From NCBI RefSeq assembly GCF_964194025.1, contig NC_134475.1, positions 46,934,001 to 46,998,000 of the forward strand: a stretch of 64,000 bases of DNA, written 5' to 3'. Shown one piece after another: positions 59,201-64,000 of this stretch (position 1 is the stretch's first letter; each line of letters opens with the position of its first letter). A program made the translations under genes and the position numbers. Below the pieces are notes generated by a model. It ran no database searches and had not been told where the DNA came from. It saw nothing but the letters and a program-made list of their open reading frames with translations. The stretch is from Convolutriloba macropyga. Its lineage: Eukaryota.

Positions 59201-62200
59201 CTGTTTGTGTTGAGGAGATTGTGTATTTCATTAGAGGACTCTGTTTGTGGAGAGGGAGCATCTGTAGCTGATTATAGACTCTTTTGTGTGGAGGAGATTG
59301 TTAAACTGATTAGAGGGCTCTGATTGTAGAGAGGGAGCTTCTGTTGCCGATTGGTGGATTCTGTTTGTGTGGCGAAGGTTGTTTAGCTGACTGGTTGACT
59401 GTGTTTGTGGACACGGAGGTTGTGTAGCTGTGTGTGTGGCTTTCTTCGTGGAAGCTTGTGGGGGTGTTTTGTGTTGGAGTAGATGTTTGTGTGGCAGAAA
59501 TTTCTAGGAGGACTTCTCCATCTTTCTTAATATTGCTGAGAACAGCTCAGTTTAAACAACTAAATAAAAGGGAGAAACAATAAAAAGAATTTAAAAAACA
59601 GACAGGTAAAAATTGAGTTCAGGGATGAGTTCAAAGTCAGAAAGAATGATTTTTTTTGGGCGTAAGGATGATTTCGTATATTTTGCGGAACAGTTTGAAG
59701 TTTGTATGCACTCGTTGAAATTAGGAAAAGTCTTAACTGGTGATGTCACCAATGAAGATTATATACCTACTGTTAGGAATGACGCATCAGAGCAACAAAG
59801 AGCACAAGCGGTAAATAAAGGACGGGAAGAACTAGAAAAGAAAAAGGACCTCATGGTACGAGCTTGTTCAAGCGTTAGATAAAAAGTCAGTTCTGTTTCT
59901 GAGACCACATAAAGGTGCTTAAGCTTGCGATACACTTTGCAAAAGGTTTAGGAGTTTCGAGAGACCGCAATTACATAAACCAATATCAGAATTAACTAGC
60001 CTTAAGAAGAATGCGAATGAAAGCATAGTAGACGACTTAACAAGAGCAGACATGAATTACAATTTGACACTGGTGAACGAAGTCGTGAGCGAGAAATGTT
60101 TATTTCAATATTTATGGAGGGACTACCTAGAGAGTACGAGAGCTTCACCACACTCGTAAAATTTAGTACAGAAGAGAAAGATTTAGAGGAAATTGAGTGG
60201 GACTTTATCAATTTTGATAACGAGAATGTTCAAAAGGAAAGTGAGAGTATATTCTACATTAAAGAACGAAAATGCTTCAATTGTCAAAAGGTCGGACACA
60301 TAGCTAAGGATTGTTGACTTAAGAAGGCAAATTTAGAGCAAACAAGGGGGCAACCAATAAAGTGCTTTAAATGTAGTGAGAAGGGTTACATCTCCAAGTT
60401 TTGTAAGAAGCAGAAACCAGAGAAAAAGTTTGTCAGCCAGAGTAGAAACTCATTCAAATCAATCAATCGGGGTCTCAGAGTTTAGTCGGAGAACTAAAAA
60501 AACTGAGTACGTAGAGGACTTCTCATTCTTTCAAACCACAAGTAAAAACCCTTCCTGTGCACTAGTATTAGATTCCTGAGTAACAAGAGATATGATTAAG
60601 GATGAAAGCTTATTTATTGATTTTGACAAAGAATATACAGGGACAATAACTAACGCAAATAGTAGCAAATGTTCAATTGAACGACGGGGGACAATTGAGA
60701 TAAGAACAGAGGACTCAAAAGTGTGTGAGCAGAAAATAAGATTGTCAAATGCATTGCTTGTAGCTGATAACTCGAAAAATTTGGTCTCAGTGTTGAAAAT
60801 TAGAGCGGCTGTGATAACGAGGTTTTGTTCGGTAGGGACTTCAAGATAAGAACTAAAAATGGAACACTTTTTACGTTTGATCAACATGACAATCTTTTCT
60901 TTGGAAAACAGTGAATTCAACAGGTTCAGAAAACTGTTACTTAGCCAGTGGAGACCAGCTAAGTTTATGGCACAAACGTCTAGGACATAAAAATCTTAAA
61001 GATCTTCTGAAATTAAAGAATCATGCCATAGGACTTAGAATAAGTGATTAAGACGTAGGGAATTGTGAAACATGTCAACTGATTTAGTCAAAGAAGCCTC
61101 CCGTTCCGAAAGATTCCGGGACAAGAGCCAGGGATGTCTTAGAAATAGTTCATACTTATATATTAGGGCCAATTATTCCAGAAGCTGTAGATAGCCACCG
61201 ATTTGCAGTCGGCTTCGTAGACAGCCTTAGTAGACAGCAACTGGTATCAGAAATTGTACTTCTTAAAGACAAAGGATGATTCAATAGAAAAAGTCCGGCA
61301 ATTCTTTGCATATATAGGAAAACCATGAAGGTTGGTGTGCGATGGTGCGGCGAATTCATTTCGAACGAGATTGAGCGATTATGTATAAAGCAAGGCGTAA
61401 GGCTAAAGCTTTAAGCACCTTATACACCTGAAGAAAATGGTAAAGTTCAAAGTAATTGGGGAACAATAACGCCAATGGCGAGATGCCTAAGTGAGCAATC
61501 AGGACTTGATAAGACATACTGGCCTTATGCAATAAACATGTCAAGTGAAATTAAAAAGTTTTGTTACCATTCGGGGTTCAAAAGATCACCATTCGAAGCA
61601 ATGTATGGACAAAAGACAAAATTAGAATCTTTAAAAAATTTTGATTGTACTGCTTACGTTCATATTGATAAATCATTCCGAGGGGAAAAGATAGGACTTC
61701 ACAAAAAGGTATATTCTTGGGGTCATCAGATAACAGCAAAACATATCTTATAGGAGTAAAGGATGAAAAAGGCACAGTTAGAAAGTCTAGAAACGTAACT
61801 TTGGCGAACGGAAATTGTTCAATAATAACTCGTTGAGTGCAGGGCAAACACGGTTAGAACAGGAAGCAGATCTGAATCCAGTAGCATTCTTAAATGGGTT
61901 GATAAATGAGAATGTGATACATAAATCAACAGAAGACGCAATAAAAGTCAAAAATTGGTACGAAGCAATGAAAACAGAGTATAATTCTTTAATTGAAAAC
62001 AGCGTCTGGGAACTTTTAGATAATCAGGAAATCAAACCTATTGTTACTAGACAGAGACTACAACGAGGCCTATTCATCGACAACGCGCCTCTCAACTATC
62101 AGGATATTTTTAAGCTATGCACTCCGTAACAGTTTTGAGCTCAAACGAATGGACATTAAAACCATACTTAAATGCTGACTTGATGAAAAGATTTTTATAC

Positions 62201-64000
62201 AGCAACCTGAGGGTTTTGAAAAATACAATGAACAAGGAAATCCATTAGTCTGCAAGCTTAATAAATGTTTATACGGAGTAAAACAATGTGGTAGTAATTG
62301 GTACCTATCAATAAAAAGTTTTCTTGGTGTTTGGGTTTTGTTCCATCTATTCAAGATGAGTGCCTCTTTATAAAAAAGGACAGAGGAGATATAGAGGGAA
62401 TGATCTGCCCTTGGGTAGATGATATGGTTTTATTAGGAACGCGACAAAACTTTTGCAAAAACTTCAAAAACAATGTTAGTTAGAAGTTCGAACTAAGTAG
62501 GTATGGTGACCTGAGTTGGTTCTTAAATATTAAAATAGAAAGAACAGAAAACAAAATAATGCTAAGCCAAGAAGTTTATATAGAAAAACTAATATAGAAA
62601 TATAAAATGAGTGACTCTATGACTCTGGAAACACCTCTGGATGTTAGTTCAAGACTTTCAAAACTTGATTCACCAAAAATAGGAAGCAAAGAATATCAAG
62701 ATATGCAGTGTTGTCATTATAGGGGAATAGGATGCTTAAATTATTTAGCGTTGACTACCAGACCAGTTATTGCACATACAGCTATTATTTTGATTTTGTT
62801 TGTAGAAAATCCGGTGAACAAGCATTGCAACGCCGCAAAAGCATGCCTACGCTACTTGAAGGGTGGAAAGTCGGAAAAACTTTTTTATAGGAAGTGTGAT
62901 AAATTAGATCTAAAAGGTTTTTTGGATTCTGACTGGGCTGGTGACTTAGATAGCAGAAAAAGTGGTTATTGTTTCAAGCTTGACAATAGTTCAGGAGCAA
63001 TCAGCTGTAGTGTTAAGTTACAAAAGTACGTATCAACATCCACAGCTGAACTGAATGCAGTAGTAGAAGCAAGCAAAGAGGTGGTACAGTTAGCAAACCT
63101 TTCGAAGGAAATGAACATAGATTTTGAACAACCTTTACTAATGTTTAGATAATCAAGCGTGTATTGCTCTTAGTAAGAATTCCATGAACCATGGCAAGAC
63201 TAAGCACTTTGCGTTGAAAGTGCACTTCATTCGGAACTTAGTCGAGAACAGAATATTAGAGCTGAACTACTTGCCTACCGATCGCATGCCGGCAGATACC
63301 ATAACAAAAAATTTCACTTTTACCTGATGTTCTCCTGGGTTCGAACACTTAATATGATAGGAGGGCTATTAAATGTATAATATTAATTGTTTGAATATGA
63401 AAAAGTATACTCGCTTGCTGATTTACATCTCTGATGTCGATAAAACCATGCTAATTTCACGTGCAGTTTATTATGATGTTTTCCAGAACTATTCCGTTTT
63501 TACATGTGAATTGATAATACATGTTGACGTTTGATTGATACCTATGATAAATTGCTAGTATACATCGCATGTCACCGAAAGTCATTTTTATGTAATGTAA
63601 AAGGGCGGTAATAACTGGGTACATAATTCGATCAAGATTTGTGCCTATTGCCACTGCTGTCACACATCATTTCTTAACATTAATTGAATTATTTGACTAC
63701 ACGATTTGTCTCTGCGTTTGCATTAACTGATAATAAAATTATCGACTCATCCTTGGTGTCTAACGGCGTTTCTCCGAAAATTGACGGCTTTGTTATCGTG
63801 GTTTATCACCGTGTAAGGATCTTCGGAAACAAAAAAGTTAACTTACCAGTGATTTGGTATTTTAATCGCTTCGACCATTTTTTAGTGTATTAATCACACG
63901 CTTGTTTTTATTTAGGAGGAATTAAAATCGAAGAAGCTGGAGCGTGTAAGTGAACACTTTCGAGTTATCGCTTTGGGGTTGCCGGTACCCAAGTTTCGTG
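38114..64000 (+). CDS. VWA8: von Willebrand factor A domain-containing protein 8 (mitochondrial AAA+ ATPase), 5' part: join(38114..38219,48137..48233,51956..52143,57528..57721,63916..>64000)
   Basis: Phase-compatible GT-AG joins give MIRCSRLR...FNDVHIAVK..PEKVPIGY..HLRWLAQKDSMGQDVFLIGYPGPLRRRIAMQYAELTNREVEY..RDTTESDIKQRREI..YVDQSAVKAA..DGVEKAERNILPILNNLLENREMQLDDGRFL..RVSEHFRVIALGLPVP, collinear with VWA8. Confidence 0.92.
38945..39240 (-). repeat. Family C repeat, reverse copy in VWA8 intron 1
   Basis: Reverse complement of ~140-435 (e.g. ttatcggtttatcccgtttctttt and ttctaattcggtgtgc). Confidence 0.8.
43255..43712 (+). repeat. Family C repeat, forward copy in VWA8 intron 1
   Basis: Collinear with 1-435; ends tcccggtaatttgccggcta. 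Confidence 0.8.
44609..44950. mobile_element. Palindromic MITE with ~155-bp inverted arms (possibly Tc1/mariner-derived)
   Basis: cagtaaagtgaattgagaaaaattattttt...tttgtggcggactatattttaca mirrors tgtaaaatatagtccgccacaaa...aaaaataatttttctcaattcactttact. The CAGT start is Tc1-like; a TA TSD is not intact. Confidence 0.8.
45120..46155 (+). mobile_element. BEL/Pao LTR retrotransposon pol fragment (RNase H end to integrase start)
   Basis: FWTDSTTTLGWI, ANRL..I, WRHIP..MNPAD..TRG, PFLDDDGLLRVGGRL..APL.Y..KHP, C..CRR and MADLP..R..PF..TGMDMFGPF. Has a frameshift and stops; no LTRs seen. Confidence 0.9.
48137..48233 (+). CDS. VWA8: VWA8 coding exon 2
   Basis: Acceptor gtttAG|; encodes DVHIAVKAAASPEKVPIGYQLPINSQTVNRHL(R); donor AG|GTACGA. 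Confidence 0.8.
48250..48500 (+). repeat. Diverged family B 5' end at the start of VWA8 intron 2
   Basis: ttgttcgcacccc..gggggaggggaatata..ggtcaatgtcggccgttcgatatattt. Confidence 0.55.
51956..52143 (+). CDS. VWA8: VWA8 coding exon 3
   Basis: Acceptor ttttcAG|; encodes WLAQKDSMGQDVFLIGYPGPLRR...RDTTESDIKQRREIQNGRT; donor A|GTAATT. Confidence 0.92.
54205..57345 (+). mobile_element. Apparently complete family B Helentron/DINE-1-like element in VWA8 intron 3
   Basis: 5' end ttgttctgacc..gggggagcaactatatactcaaatgg. 3' GGGGTCGGAAC (57300-57310) is the reverse complement of the family 5' GTTCCGACCCC, followed by a degenerate hairpin and T-run. Interior has diverged tandem units. Confidence 0.55.
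57101..57198. mobile_element. 98-bp MITE with GG...CC ends and a perfect 9-bp TSD
   Basis: Inverted arms actttttcacccctgttcatttaa / ttaaatgaacaggggtgaaaaagt; flanked by ATTGTATTC at 57092-57100 and 57199-57207. Confidence 0.85.
57528..57721 (+). CDS. VWA8: VWA8 coding exon 4
   Basis: Acceptor gctttAG|; encodes YVDQSAVKAA...EKAERNILPILNNLLENREMQLDDGRFL; donor G|GTGAGT. Confidence 0.93.
58211..58654. repeat. 232-bp-period tandem duplication spanning the copia 5' insertion junction
   Basis: ttcgaacgtcgagtacaacaaacttatatcttATAAA plus the first ~175 bp of the LTR occurs at 58211 and 58443. Confidence 0.9.
58480..58838 (+). repeat. Copia 5' LTR
   Basis: Starts TATTAAATG right after ATAAA (58475-58479); ends ..ttaaccgatg right before the PBS. 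Confidence 0.9.
58839..58852 (+). promoter_or_regulatory. Primer-binding site GGTTATGGGCCCAG (internal/half tRNA-iMet type)
   Basis: Immediately 3' of the 5' LTR; same sequence type as the Drosophila copia PBS. Confidence 0.85.
59050..59500. repeat. GT-rich minisatellite (~40-bp units, ~80-bp dimer) in the copia 5' leader
   Basis: gtagctgatt..ggactctgtttgtgtggagg..gattgt / ..tagaggactctgtttgtggagagggagcatct repeated about 10 times. Confidence 0.85.
63357..63366 (+). promoter_or_regulatory. Polypurine tract of the copia element
   Basis: atagGAGGGc directly before the 3' LTR. Confidence 0.7.
63367..63732 (+). repeat. Copia 3' LTR
   Basis: TATTAAATG...ttaactGATA followed by the TSD ATAAA (63733-63737). 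Confidence 0.9.
63916..64000 (+). CDS. VWA8: VWA8 coding exon 5 (runs off the window)
   Basis: Acceptor tatttAG|; encodes EELKSKKLERVSEHFRVIALGLPVPKFR. Confidence 0.9.

Larger units (their letters stand above)
58480..63732 (+). mobile_element. Full-length decayed Ty1/copia LTR retrotransposon in VWA8 intron 4
   Basis: LTRs at 58480-58838 and 63367-63732, TSD ATAAA, PBS and PPT. Gag Zn knuckles CFNCQKVGHIAKDC and CFKCSEKGYISKFC; protease LVLDS; integrase LWHKRLGH..C..C; RT QQPEGF and WVDDM; RNase H DSDWAGD. PR-IN-RT-RH order; many stops and frameshifts. Confidence 0.95.

Noticed and set aside
59613-63350. Copia as an active or domesticated gene
   Set aside because: Numerous stops and frameshifts in gag, PR, IN and RT, plus diverged LTRs.
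1-64000. tRNA, rRNA, SRP RNA or SL RNA genes
   Set aside because: No cloverleaf, A/B-box pair or leader+donor+Sm-site structure was recognisable by eye. A covariance-model search (Infernal/tRNAscan-SE) would be needed to exclude them.

Overview
AT-rich, intron-containing animal genomic DNA. A BEL/Pao relic and GT-AG introns point to a metazoan; the lineage cannot be fixed from sequence alone. Four housekeeping genes lie head-to-tail on the + strand. HDAC8 has 5 coding exons (3675-10423, 377 aa). An intronless BAG6 (10700-14530) starts only 276 bp after the HDAC8 stop. SRP9 is intronless (30928-31158). The 5' part of VWA8 has 5 exons reconstructed by hand from 38114 to the window end, including a mitochondrial presequence exon missed by the ORF track. 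Each start codon is closely preceded by a TTTTCAG/TTTTAG splice acceptor. Most of the remaining sequence is repeats: (1) several non-autonomous families with Helentron/DINE-1-like terminal structure; (2) a 3.4-kb tandem duplication; (3) a ~6.5-kb satellite with nested ~180/535/1607-bp periodicity; (4) a decayed CRE-like RLE non-LTR element; (5) a BEL/Pao fragment; (6) two MITEs; (7) a decayed full-length Ty1/copia element in VWA8 intron 4, with non-canonical TA...TA LTR ends, a half-tRNA-iMet primer site and a 5-bp TSD. Templated-insertion and microhomology repair scars recur throughout. The best candidates for unusual biology are a possible HDAC8-BAG6(-SRP9-VWA8) polycistronic/trans-spliced unit, the nested higher-order satellite and the TA-ended copia family. 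All are hypotheses from sequence inspection only.
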